From contig CAVYGB010000008.1 in the NCBI GenBank assembly GCA_963767925.1, positions 2,336,001-2,400,000 on the forward strand: a stretch of DNA of 64,000 nt. The letters run 5' to 3'. This stretch comes from an uncultured delta proteobacterium (lineage in GTDB: Bacteria; Myxococcota_A; Polyangia; Fen-1088). Below are positions 1-9,806 of this stretch, one piece after another (positions within the stretch are counted from its first letter, which is position 1; the number at the start of each line of letters is the position of its first letter). The notes under the pieces were generated by a model, which did not search any database, was not told where the DNA came from, and saw nothing but the letters and a program-made list of their open reading frames with translations. The position numbers and the translations under genes are program-made.

Positions 1-2
1 CG

Positions 3-1028
3 GAAGCTCCGTTCCTCCGCGGCGACTGGTTCATCTCCACCGCCATGCTCTCGCCGCTCTACGAACGGCTGGTCGACTTGCCGGCCAACCTGAACGATCT
101 CGAGCAGGACCTGGACTTCGACATCGACCAGAACGTTCTGAACAACGACATCATCCGCGTGGCCTTCGGCTTCTCGGGCGTGTCGTTCCAGGAGCGCATG
201 ATCGAGCGTCACGACCTGGGCAATGGCGACTACTTCTGGTGGAGCTACGACTTCGCAGACCGGCTGGCGACCTCTCGGGTGACCGAGCGGCCGATCGGTC
301 CGGGCCGCCTCTTCGGGCAGTTCGAGAACACCTTCAACGAGGCCGGGGGCGAGGCCATCTTCTCGCTGCCGAACGACTTGCAGGGGTACTTCCTGACTGA
401 CAACCAGGGGACCTTCCTCTCGGAAGCCCCGGTCCAGATCGTCGCCGACCCCCGCCGCCGCAAGGGCGCCGTGCAGAACGCTCTGTCCTGCCTCGGTTGC
501 CACACGGAGTCGGGCATGCTCTTCCCGAAGGCATACGACGACGTCATCAAGTACGTCGAGGAACACCGCAACGACTTCAGCGCGGAAGAGCTCGACATCG
601 TTCGCGAGATCTACCCCCGGAACACTCAGGCCATCCTGCAGAGGGACGCCGCTCGGTTCGCCCGAGCGATCAGCGCCCTTGGCCGGACGACCGAGAGCAG
701 CCTCCAGGGTGGCGGCGTCGTCGAATGGGACGCCTGGGCCACGCTGGCCGGTCAGTACGAGTCGAAGCTGGGTCTGCGTGGCGGCGCCACGGAGCTCGGC
801 ATCAGCATCGAGCAGGCTCGTACGCTCTTCCGGAGCGAACGTCGTAGCGCGAACAACGAGGACGCTCTCCCGCTGCTGATCAGCGACCCGCTGGTTACCC
901 GCGAGGAGTGGTTCTGCCGGTTCCGCGAAGTGATCGGGACCGATGTCCGCCGGGGCCTCGACTTCTGCAACGGCAGCTTCGAGGAGGCCGCGCTCGAGGC
1001 CTTCTGCGACCAGATCATCAACGACTGA
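3..1028 (+). CDS. C-terminal part of a c-type cytochrome-like protein (CxxCH); 5' end lies outside the window
   Basis: The frame is open from base 3 (EAPFLRGDWFISTAMLSPLY...). It contains NEAGGEAIFSLPNDLQGY and the SCLGCH heme-binding motif, as in planctomycete/myxobacterial cytochrome c-domain proteins. Confidence 0.65.
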   Translation, partial: EAPFLRGDWFISTAMLSPLYERLVDLPANLNDLEQDLDFDIDQNVLNNDIIRVAFGFSGVSFQERMIERHDLGNGDYFWWSYDFADRLATSRVTERPIGPGRLFGQFENTFNEAGGEAIFSLPNDLQGYFLTDNQGTFLSEAPVQIVADPRRRKGAVQNALSCLGCHTESGMLFPKAYDDVIKYVEEHRNDFSAEELDIVREIYPRNTQAILQRDAARFARAISALGRTTESSLQGGGVVEWDAWATLAGQYESKLGLRGGATELGISIEQARTLFRSERRSANNEDALPLLISDPLVTREEWFCRFREVIGTDVRRGLDFCNGSFEEAALEAFCDQIIND

Positions 1029-1050
1029 TCTAAGACATCCGGCCCTTGTT

Positions 1051-1095
1051 AAGGCCGCCCTCTCCTTGGGGGGAGGGCGGCCTTTCGATTTTTTT
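1051..1095 (+). terminator. Intrinsic terminator-like hairpin
   Basis: Stem AAGGCCGCCCTCTCC / GGGGAGGGCGGCCTT followed by TCGATTTTTTT, just after the stop at 1028. Confidence 0.7.
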
Positions 1096-1108
1096 GAGGG
1101 GAAGCCCA

Positions 1109-2179
1109 ATGACAATCAAGTTCACCCGATCTCGCTCTACGGTTGGAGTAGGTACCTCGAGCAGGCGGAGACGGTCGATCGGCACGGGCCTGATCGGGCT
1201 CGCTCTCGCGGTGGGCGGCGCCGCCGGTTGTCCTGGTTCTCTGGATGAGTCCGTGATCCCCCTGGACGGTTCGAGGCCCCCTGTGGGTGGCATGGGCGGC
1301 GGTCCCCAGGCGACTCCCCCTCCCCCTGCTCAGGTTGGAGGCCGTGGTGGACGCGGTGGACGTGATGGTGGTGGCATGGCCGGCAGCGCCCCTCGCCGGG
1401 TCGACGCCGCGGTCGCAGCGCTTCCCTGCTGGGAGCCCACCGAGATCACCCGCCGGATCCTTCTTCCCAAGTGTGCAGGCGCGGCCTGCCACGACAACGT
1501 GATGCCAGCCGCCGGGCTCGATCTGCAGACGGCCGGTGCCCGCATGCGGCTCCAGAATGTCGGCTCCCGGCTCTGCGGCGGCCGCTCCCTGGTCACCGTT
1601 CAGGGTAACGCAGTCGGCGGTCACCTCTTCGACAAGCTCGTGGGCCTGCAGCCGATGGGCTGTGGCAACCGCATGCCGGCCAATGGCGCTTCCGCCGGAT
1701 ACCTCGACGCCACAGACGTGCAGTGCCTCCGGGACTGGTTCGTCAGGAACCCGCCCGTCCGGCTGCCCGACGCGGGCGCGCCGGTAGCAGCTCCCCCAGC
1801 TCCTCCTCCGCCGACCGACAACACGCGGCCCGAGCCACCCGCCGGCTTCTGCGCCAACCCCTCGGTTGACGGGTTCGAGAAGGTCCTGCGTCCGTTGTGC
1901 GGCGTCACCTGCCACAATCCAGCAAACCCCGCCCTCTTCGCGGCGTTCCTGGACCTCTACAACGCTGGCGCGAAGGGCCGCCTCGAGGGCACTTCATCGA
2001 GGCAGTGCGCTGGAAAGACCCTCATCGTTCAGGGGCGTCCTGAGGGACTTTTCTTTGATAAGGTCCAGCGCCAGGTACCGAATGGCTGCGGAACGGCCAT
2101 GCCTCCCACAATCCCTTATCTGCATCCGGCAGAGATTAAGTGTCTCAAGGATTGGATAGCCCCAGGCGTCGCACAGTGA
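1109..2179 (+). CDS. Lipoprotein with two repeated cytochrome c-like domains
   Basis: ATG at 1109 after GAGGGG. Hydrophobic signal ending AAGC (lipobox-like), Pro/Gly linkers, and motifs CAGAACH...CGNRMP and CGVTCH...CGTAMP. Confidence 0.7.
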   Translation: MTIKFTRSRSTVGVGTSSRRRRSIGTGLIGLALAVGGAAGCPGSLDESVIPLDGSRPPVGGMGGGPQATPPPPAQVGGRGGRGGRDGGGMAGSAPRRVDAAVAALPCWEPTEITRRILLPKCAGAACHDNVMPAAGLDLQTAGARMRLQNVGSRLCGGRSLVTVQGNAVGGHLFDKLVGLQPMGCGNRMPANGASAGYLDATDVQCLRDWFVRNPPVRLPDAGAPVAAPPAPPPPTDNTRPEPPAGFCANPSVDGFEKVLRPLCGVTCHNPANPALFAAFLDLYNAGAKGRLEGTSSRQCAGKTLIVQGRPEGLFFDKVQRQVPNGCGTAMPPTIPYLHPAEIKCLKDWIAPGVAQ

Positions 2180-2229
2180 GGTGTCCGTTGCTCCAAAACC
2201 ATCACAACACGGTGTCTCGAGCTCGGGTC

Positions 2230-3546
2230 ATGCGCCCTCTGCTCGTGACTTTGGTCTTCTGTCTGATGACCGCGGCCGCGTCGGAGGCTCGCGCCATCGG
2301 CAAGGTGGCTGTCCTCCCCTTCACGGGACCCCAGCTCCCCGTGGTCCAGCGGGCGCTTTACGTCGCCCAGCGGATCGTGACGTCTTCGATCCCGCCGGCC
2401 TACCAGCTCGTGCCGCCTGCCGACCTGTCGCGCACGATGGGTGGCGGTCGCCCGGCGGCGCCGGCCGAGTTCACCGGCCTGGCCCGTCGCCACGAGGCCA
2501 CCGCGCTCATCGAAGGGGTCATGACGGTCGAGCAGCGGCGGCGCTGGCGGCTGAAGGTCGTGGTCCGCCGCGCCTCCACCGGCATGCCGGTGGGGACAGT
2601 GACCTGGTCGGGCCTCGGCAGCAAGCCGCTGATCTCGAACCTGCAGCGGAACGCCAACCAGTGGGTGGCTTCGCTGCTGCAAAGGACCGGCGGGCCGACG
2701 GCGGATCCGCCCGGTGGCGGCGGCTCGCCCGTTCCGATGGCCTCCGGTGACGACGAGCCCTCGGACTCCGATCGCCCTCGGGCCGCCGACGACGACGCCT
2801 CGCTGTCGAGCGGGGTGACCGCCGGTCGCGGCCGGTCCAACGTCCCCTCGACCTGGGCGTTCTCGATTGGCCCCAAGCTGATGTCGCGCGCCTTCGTCTT
2901 CACCGACAACGTGGCGGCGCTGCCCGGTTACAACCTGCCGGGCGCCCCCGCTCTCGCCGCCGAGGTGGAGTTCTACCCGGCGCCGCGCGGCTCGGGCATC
3001 CTCCGCAACATCGGCCTGGTCGGGTTCTACGAGACCTCGATCGGGGCGAAGACCCAGCAGAGCGACGGCGGCACAGGCACCACGCTCGCCCGTTCTTACC
3101 GGGTTGGCGCCCGCTACCGCATCCCGTTCGAGAACTCGGCGGTCCTGCTCGGGACCGACTACACCCAGCACTACTTCAACCTGGATGTAAACAACGCCCT
3201 CCCCCCGAACGTGAACTACACCGCCATCCGGCCGTCGCTGGGCGGACGGGTGCCGATGGGCCGCAAGCTCATCCTCGGCCTGCAGGCGGCCTACCTGCAT
3301 ATTCTTGCCGTCGGGGCGCTGGCCGACGCCGACCGCTTCCCGAACCTCACCACCATCGGGGCCGAGGCGGGCGCCATGCTCAGCTACCGCCTGGACACCG
3401 ACCTCGACGTCACGGCGGGCGTGGACATGCGTTACTACGCACACAGCATGAACGCCCAGGCCAATGACCCGCCCGATCGGCTGGTTGGCGGCGCCATCGA
3501 CGCGCACTTCGGCGCCTCGATGATGCTGACCTACCGCCTGCGCTAG
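2230..3546 (+). CDS. Exported protein with a probable C-terminal outer-membrane beta-barrel
   Basis: Signal peptide MRPLLVTLVFCLMTAAASEARA, then KVAVLPF. The C-terminal half has alternating aromatic/hydrophobic strands ending MMLTYRLR. Confidence 0.6.
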   Translation: MRPLLVTLVFCLMTAAASEARAIGKVAVLPFTGPQLPVVQRALYVAQRIVTSSIPPAYQLVPPADLSRTMGGGRPAAPAEFTGLARRHEATALIEGVMTVEQRRRWRLKVVVRRASTGMPVGTVTWSGLGSKPLISNLQRNANQWVASLLQRTGGPTADPPGGGGSPVPMASGDDEPSDSDRPRAADDDASLSSGVTAGRGRSNVPSTWAFSIGPKLMSRAFVFTDNVAALPGYNLPGAPALAAEVEFYPAPRGSGILRNIGLVGFYETSIGAKTQQSDGGTGTTLARSYRVGARYRIPFENSAVLLGTDYTQHYFNLDVNNALPPNVNYTAIRPSLGGRVPMGRKLILGLQAAYLHILAVGALADADRFPNLTTIGAEAGAMLSYRLDTDLDVTAGVDMRYYAHSMNAQANDPPDRLVGGAIDAHFGASMMLTYRLR

Positions 3547-3621
3547 CCCCGCCGCTTCCCCTCGGGGACGTTATACTTTCCTCACCCGGCGTTGAACGTC
3601 GCCGGGTGAGGAGGTAAGCCG

Positions 3622-4902
3622 ATGGATCGCCGCTCGCGCAGCGTCTGGACCGTCCGGCTGGTGTTTCTGATCGCGGCTGCCGCGCTGAGTGCGCTCTCCT
3701 GCGCCCGCGCGGCCCGCTACGGCGACTGGGGCGTGAGCCGCTCGCAGAACGTGGCGGTCTACACCGACGCCAAGCTCGAGCACGAGTTCATCCAGGAGTG
3801 GCTCGAGCTGTCCCACGCGGCCCTCCGGGCCTTCTTCCCCGCGGTCAAGACCGGCACGGTGGACGTGGTCTGGCTGAAGAACCAGCCTGGTGGCGGCACG
3901 CGTTTTTACCGCCCCTGGGACGACCCGCGGTCGGGCTGGACCTTCCAGAGCCTGCCCAGCATCAGCGACGGGCGGATCGGCCGCGAGGGACTCATCGTGC
4001 TCGAGCGGAGGCTCGAGGGGACGGCGGAGCAGCGTTCGTTCCGCCCGGTTCGCGACGAGACCCTGGCCAAGGAGCAGATGGCCCATCTGTTCATCATGAA
4101 GGCGGTGCCGATGGCGCCGCTCTGGCTCCAGGTGGGCCTGGGCCGCTACCTCCAGAAGTACCGCATCCACTACCGGGGTGACTTCTGGCTGGCCTGTTTC
4201 GGGTCGCCCGTCTTCGACGAGCCAGCCTGGCCAGGCACCACCGCCGGGCCGGCCGAGACGCTGGGGGGCCGGGTGGGCAGCACGGGCGACGGCCGGCGGG
4301 TCACCTTGCCCATGGCCGACATCTTCGACGCCGACTGGTACACGTACGACGGCCGCCACCGGCGCTGGTACGAATACACCGCGTACGCCCTCGTGCATTA
4401 CCTCATCCACGGTGAAAACGGCTGGCACCGGGGCCGGTTCCCGCTGCTGCTCGATGCCCTGCGGGCCGGCAAGACCAGCCCCGACGCCCTGGCCCTGGCC
4501 TACCCGCACATCCTGGCCGAGGAGTGGGACGAGCGGCTCTCTGCGCACGTCCGGCCGCCGCGAGGTCGGGCCCACGTCGCTGCCACGGCCGAGATCTCCC
4601 AGGGACTGTGCTTCAAGATCCCGCCCGTCCACCACGCCGAGAAGAAGCCCCGCCGGGAGAAGGCCAACCCCCGCGACATCCAGGTGCTGATGACCGACCT
4701 GGAGCAGGTCGACCCCTTCCGCCGTCACTCCGGCTGGTGGCCCCAGGACATCGTCGACGCCGAGGCCTCCAAGCGCAAGCGTCAGACCGGTCCGGCAGGC
4801 GAGCCCGGGCGACCCGGGCGGGAAGGCCGCGCTCCCACCGGGGTGCCCCCCGACGAGGGCGAGGTCCCGGAGATCCGCGCGCCCCTGCCGACCCCGCCCT
4901 GA
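3622..4902 (+). CDS. Exported/lipoprotein hypothetical protein, DUF1570/zincin-like with degenerate catalytic motif
   Basis: RBS GAGGAGG, signal peptide with LSC. LAKEQMAHLF...PLWLQVGLGRYL and YEYTAYALVHYLIH resemble DUF1570-type gluzincin-like proteins. Confidence 0.5.
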   Translation: MDRRSRSVWTVRLVFLIAAAALSALSCARAARYGDWGVSRSQNVAVYTDAKLEHEFIQEWLELSHAALRAFFPAVKTGTVDVVWLKNQPGGGTRFYRPWDDPRSGWTFQSLPSISDGRIGREGLIVLERRLEGTAEQRSFRPVRDETLAKEQMAHLFIMKAVPMAPLWLQVGLGRYLQKYRIHYRGDFWLACFGSPVFDEPAWPGTTAGPAETLGGRVGSTGDGRRVTLPMADIFDADWYTYDGRHRRWYEYTAYALVHYLIHGENGWHRGRFPLLLDALRAGKTSPDALALAYPHILAEEWDERLSAHVRPPRGRAHVAATAEISQGLCFKIPPVHHAEKKPRREKANPRDIQVLMTDLEQVDPFRRHSGWWPQDIVDAEASKRKRQTGPAGEPGRPGREGRAPTGVPPDEGEVPEIRAPLPTPP

Positions 4903-4906
4903 GGGG

Positions 4907-7632
4907 TCAGGCCAGCCGGCCCAGCGCCGACTCGACGCGGGCGATAGCGGCCTCGACCTCCGCCAGCTTGGCCCGGTCCTTCTCGATGACCTCGGGCTTG
5001 GCCCGGGCCACGAAGTCGGGGTTGGACAGCTTGCGGCTGAAGAAGTCGCGGTCGGCGGTCAGCCGGGTGCGCTCCTTCTGCAGCTTGGAGCGCTCGGCGT
5101 CGCCGCCGCCGCCGGTCGCGTCGAGGATCAGCATCACCTCGACCTCACCCGACACGGCGGTCGCCACCGGGCCGTCCGGCGGGTCGCCGCTGCGGCGGAC
5201 GACGATCTCCGAGCAGCGCGCCTGCTCGGCGATGAGGGACCGGTAGCCCTCGAGGATGGTCATCTTGTAGTCGTCGCTGACGTCAGGATGGCCCGGCTGC
5301 GATGGCCGCTGGGGACGTTGTTGTCCGCTGCGCAGACCCCGCACCGCCGTGACCACCCGCTGCACCAGGGCCATCGAGGCGTCCGAGGCGTCGTCGACGA
5401 AGCGCGGATCGGGGATCGGGTACAGCGTGATCATGATGCTCTGAGGGGCTCCGGCCGGCTTGGGCAGCTGCTGCCAGATCTCCTCGCGTGAGGAAGGGCA
5501 TGAAGGGATGCAGCAGGCGCATCGCCGTCTCGAGGGCGGTCACCAGCGTCCCCTGCGTCTTCCAGCGGTCGGGATCGGCCCGGTTCGCGCAGGCGCCCCT
5601 TGGCGAACTCGATGTACCAGTCGCAGACCTCGTCCCAGACGAAGTGGTAGACGGCCTGGGCGGCGTCGGCCATCCGGTATTCGTCGAGCGCGTTGTTGAC
5701 CGCCTCGCTGGCTCGCTGCACGCGCGAGAGGATCCAGCGCTCGGGCAGATCGAAGGCTCGGCGCCGTCGGGCCCCTCGGCGGTGCGATCGGCGTAGCGAT
5801 CGGCGTCGTAGCCGTCCAGCGTTCATGAGGACGAAGCGGGCGGCGTTCCAGATCTTGTTGGCAAACCGGCGGGCGTCCTCGACGTTGTGCAGCGAGAACT
5901 TGATGTTCTTGCCCTGCGAGGCGTGGGTGGTCAGCCAGGCCAGCGCGAACCGGAGCGCGTCGGCGCCGTGTTTCTCGATGACGTCGAGGGGGTCGATGGT
6001 GTTCCCCTTGACCTTCGACATCTTCTCGCCCTTCTCGTCGGTGACGATGGTGTGCAGGTACACGGTGCGGAAGGGGACCTTCCTCATGAAGTGCAGGCCC
6101 GCCATCATCATGCGGGCCACCCAGAAGAACAGGATGTCGTAGCCGGTGACCAGCAGCGCTGGTGGGATAGAAGGTCTTCAGCTCGCGCGTCTCTTCCGGC
6201 CAGCCCAGGGTGGCGAAGGGCCACAGCCAGGACGAGAACCAGGTGTCGAGCACGTCTGCGTCCTGGTTCAGGTCGCTCCCGCCACACTGCTCGCAGGCCG
6301 CAGGGGCCTGGCGCGCCACGTGCACCTCGCTGCAGCCGGCGCAGTACCAGGCCGGGATGCGGTGGCCCCACCAGAGCTGGCGCGAGATGCACCAGTCGCG
6401 GATGTTCCGCATCCAGTGAAAGTAGGTCTTCGTCCAGCTCTCGGGGACGAAGCGGGTCTTGCCCTGCTCGACCGCCTCGATGGCTGGCTCGGCCAGCGGC
6501 TCCATCTTGACGAACCACTGGGTCGAGATGCAGCGGCTCGACCACGGTGTTGCAGCGCTGGCAATGACCGACCGAATGCACGTGGGGCTTGGCTGCCCCG
6601 CTGCGAGGCCCAGCTCCTTCAGCCGCGCCTTGACCGCCTTGCGGGCGGCGAAGCGGTCCATGCCCGGCGAAGGGCCCGCCCTCGGCGGTCACGTTGCCCC
6701 GCTCGTCGAGGATCGAGATGGAGGGCAGCCCGTGCCGCTGGCCGCACTCGAAGTCGTTCGGGTCGTGGGCGGGGGTGACCTTCACCGCGCCGGTGCCGAA
6801 CTTCGGATCGACCAGCATGGCGTCGGCGATGACTCGGGATCTCGCCGGTCGACGAAGGGGTGGCGGACCTTCTTGCCGATCTTGGCCTGGTGGCGCGGAT
6901 CGTCGGGAGTGGACGGCGATGGCGGTGTCACCCAGCATCGTCTCGGGGCGGGTGGTCGCCACCACCAGCTCGCCCGAGCCGTCAGCGAAGCGGGTAGGCG
7001 AACTCGTACAGCTCCCCCTGGGCGCCCCTCGTCGTACTCGACCTCGAGGTCGGACAGCGCCGTCCGACAGGAGATGCACCAGTTGATGAGGCGGCTGGCG
7101 CGGTAGAGCAGGCCCTCCTCGTACAGGCGCACGAAGACCTCGGTCACCGCCTCGGGAGTAGCCCGGGTCCATGGTGAAGGCCGTCGCGGTCCCAGTCGAG
7201 GGAGCAGCCCATCACCTTGAGCTGCTCGAGGATCCGGTCGCCGTATTGCTCCCGCCACTTCCAGACCCGCTCGACGAAGGCCTCGCGGCCGAGGTCGTGG
7301 CGGGTCTTGCCCTCGGTCTCGCTGCAGGTTGCGCTCGACCACCAGCTGGGTGGCGATGCCCGCGTGATCGGTGCCGGGCAACCACATGGCGTTGTAGGCG
7401 GCCATGCGGCGCCAGCGGGTGAAGATGTCCTCGATCCCGCCGTCCCAGCGCGTGGCCCATGTGGAGCGACGCCCGTCACGTTCGGGGGCGGAATGACCAT
7501 GGAGAACGGCGCCTTGGGAGCGGCGGCGTCGGCGTGGAAATACTTCTTTTCCAGCCACTCGTCGTACCACCGCTTCTCGAGGGTGGCCGGATCGTAGGTC
7601 TTCGGTAGGTCGGGCTTGGGCTCGTCGGACAT
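4907..7632 (-). CDS. valS: Valine--tRNA ligase, split by multiple frameshifts (probably sequencing errors)
   Basis: Collinear fragments in different frames: [87 protein letters not shown] and the C-terminal KLSNPDFV coiled coil. Confidence 0.95.
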
Positions 7633-7683
7633 CGTCGAAGGAAGTCGGGCGGGAGGGTATGAGAGGCCGGAGGATACCTCCAG

Positions 7684-9015
7684 CTACTTCCGGGCGTTCG
7701 CCAATCGCTCGACGTGCTCGCGAATGATGGCTTCGGCGAGCTCCGGGACGACCTCCCATACGACTTGCTCGATGACCTCGCGCGACAACTTGGCTATCGC
7801 CTCGAACTCGGGCCCCCGGGCGGCGATGGCGGCGACCTTCTGATCGATGCGGGCCGAGACCAGGGAGGCCGAATCTGCCGCCGGAACCGGCGCCAGCGGG
7901 AAGGCGCCGGCCGACGGGCGACTGGGCGCGATCGGCGTGATCCCGGGGGTGACCGGCACCGGGGCCGGCATGGCCGGAGCGGCGGCGGGCGCCGCGGTGA
8001 CCTTGATGGGTGCGGCCGGCGGGGGCGTTACCGCCGGGACCATGGTGGGCGGGGCCGTCCGGGGCTCCCGGGGGGATCCGGGCATCCCGGGGATGGCCAC
8101 CGCGGGGAGGCCCATGATGGTGCGCCCGATGCCGGCGTGAGCGGCAGCGGCCGCGATCCCGCCCTTGTCGGAGATGATCTCGGGCCGCTTCGGCAGCGGG
8201 GCCGAGGCCGGCCGGTGGGCCGCGGCGGTGGGCGGTGCCGCGGAGGCCGACGCCACCGAGACCTGGGGCCGGGCGGCCGGGCCGGGTCGGGCCCCCGGGA
8301 TAAGCGAGGGCCGCAGGGCCGCGCCGGACCCCGCCGAGGCAGTTGGCGGCGCCGCCTGGGGCGCAGAGAAGGGCGACACCGGCGACGGCGTGGGCGCCGT
8401 CGGACCGGGCCGGACCAGCGGCGGGGTGGGAGCGGGCGGCGCCAGCACCGGAGCCGCGACCGCGACGGGCGCCGAGGGCAAGGACTGCCCGGGGGAGGAG
8501 CGCTCGATGGTGAACTCCCCGTATTCGTCGTCGAGGTCGTCCATCACGGCGGCGGCCGCGGACCGGGCCCCCACGGGCGGGCTGGCGGCAGCCACCGGCG
8601 GGGCCGTCGAGACCGGCCGGGCCGGAGCGGGGGCCGGGACGGCCGGGCGAGACAGCCCCTCCTGCACCCGATCGATGAGCGACTGGCTCTCGAAGGGCTT
8701 GAGCAGGTGTCCGTCGGCACCCGCCTGACGCCCTCGCGCCTCGTCGTAGGGCGTCTGACTGGACGCCAGGATGTAGACAGGAACCCCACGGAAGGCGGGG
8801 TCGGCTTTCAGCGCCGCGCAGAGATCGTATCCGGTGCGATTGCCCAGAACGATGTCCGCGATCACCAGGTCCGGCCTTCCTTGACGCGCGGCTGTCACCG
8901 CCTCGTCGTAGCTGCGGGCGGGAACGAGGGAAACCCCATCCTGCCCGGCCAGCACCATGGTGAAGGCCTTCTGTATGGTGGCGCTGTCATCTGCGACGAG
9001 GACTCTTTTCCCCAT
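7684..9015 (-). CDS. romR: RomR-like polarity/motility response regulator
   Basis: N-terminal receiver (VLVADDS...PDLVIAD...KPF), long Pro/Ala linker and C-terminal SREVIEQVVWEVVPELAEAIIRE region. It lies directly upstream of valS, as I recall for Myxococcus. Confidence 0.8.
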   Translation of the reverse strand: MGKRVLVADDSATIQKAFTMVLAGQDGVSLVPARSYDEAVTAARQGRPDLVIADIVLGNRTGYDLCAALKADPAFRGVPVYILASSQTPYDEARGRQAGADGHLLKPFESQSLIDRVQEGLSRPAVPAPAPARPVSTAPPVAAASPPVGARSAAAAVMDDLDDEYGEFTIERSSPGQSLPSAPVAVAAPVLAPPAPTPPLVRPGPTAPTPSPVSPFSAPQAAPPTASAGSGAALRPSLIPGARPGPAARPQVSVASASAAPPTAAAHRPASAPLPKRPEIISDKGGIAAAAAHAGIGRTIMGLPAVAIPGMPGSPREPRTAPPTMVPAVTPPPAAPIKVTAAPAAAPAMPAPVPVTPGITPIAPSRPSAGAFPLAPVPAADSASLVSARIDQKVAAIAARGPEFEAIAKLSREVIEQVVWEVVPELAEAIIREHVERLANARK

Positions 9016-9086
9016 TCTGAATGTCCCAGATCTTCAATTAATATCACGCACCTAGGCGAGGGTCAACACCGCCACGGGTACGAACG

Positions 9087-9806
9087 ATGGATCTCGAGTC
9101 TCCGGCCCTACCGTTTCGACCCCGGGCCCGTGTTTTCATCGACGACGTGCAGGTCACGGGCTCGCGATCTTTCATCGGTAGGAGCGCGGCCCGACTTGTC
9201 CGCCGGACGCGTTTTTACCGAGTATTTTTGCGGGGGCTGGCCGCCCTCCTGCTGCTGGCGCTCCCGGGTGGGGCCCGGGCCGAGCCACCCCGTCAGGGGC
9301 AGCTCCGAGCCGCGGTCTCGGCCGACCCCTGGTGGGGGCGGGACAAGAAGCTACATTTCGCCGCCAGCGGCGGCCTCGCCCTCGCCGGCTATGGAACTGC
9401 GGCGCTCGCCGATCGGTCCGAGCCAGTCCGCCTGGCGGTGGGCGCGGGCCTGGCGCTCGGAGCCGGGCTCGGCAAGGAAGGCCTCGATCTCTTCACCGCC
9501 GGAGACGCGTCCCGCCGCGATCTCGCCTGGGATCTGGCCGGCACCGCCAGCGGGTTGCTGCTGGCGTGGGCGGCCGACCGCGTGATCCGACTGCTCGACC
9601 GCCCGTCGAGGGGCGAGGGAGCCGGCGTGGGCGCGGCTGCTAGCGCCCGCCGCGACCGAGGATCCGACGGAACTTGGCCCGATCCTGGGGTCCGAACTCA
9701 CCCAGCACGATCAAAGCCACCAGGAACACCACCCCGGACGCGACCAGCACGCCCAGGGTCAGCAGCTTTCCTTCTCCCGGCACCAGCCGGGCCGCCACGA
9801 GAGTAG
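9087..9806 (+). CDS. YfiM/DUF2279-like membrane protein (start and end uncertain)
   Basis: DPWWGRDKKLHFAASG...GLGKEGLD...SRRDLAWDLAG motif. The 3' end overlaps the convergent flippase gene. Confidence 0.6.
   Translation: MDLESPALPFRPRARVFIDDVQVTGSRSFIGRSAARLVRRTRFYRVFLRGLAALLLLALPGGARAEPPRQGQLRAAVSADPWWGRDKKLHFAASGGLALAGYGTAALADRSEPVRLAVGAGLALGAGLGKEGLDLFTAGDASRRDLAWDLAGTASGLLLAWAADRVIRLLDRPSRGEGAGVGAAASARRDRGSDGTWPDPGVRTHPARSKPPGTPPRTRPARPGSAAFLLPAPAGPPRE

Noticed and set aside
4907..7632. Programmed frameshifting or phase variation in valS
   Set aside because: There are too many shifts, no consistent slippery sites, and the same pattern appears in unrelated genes.
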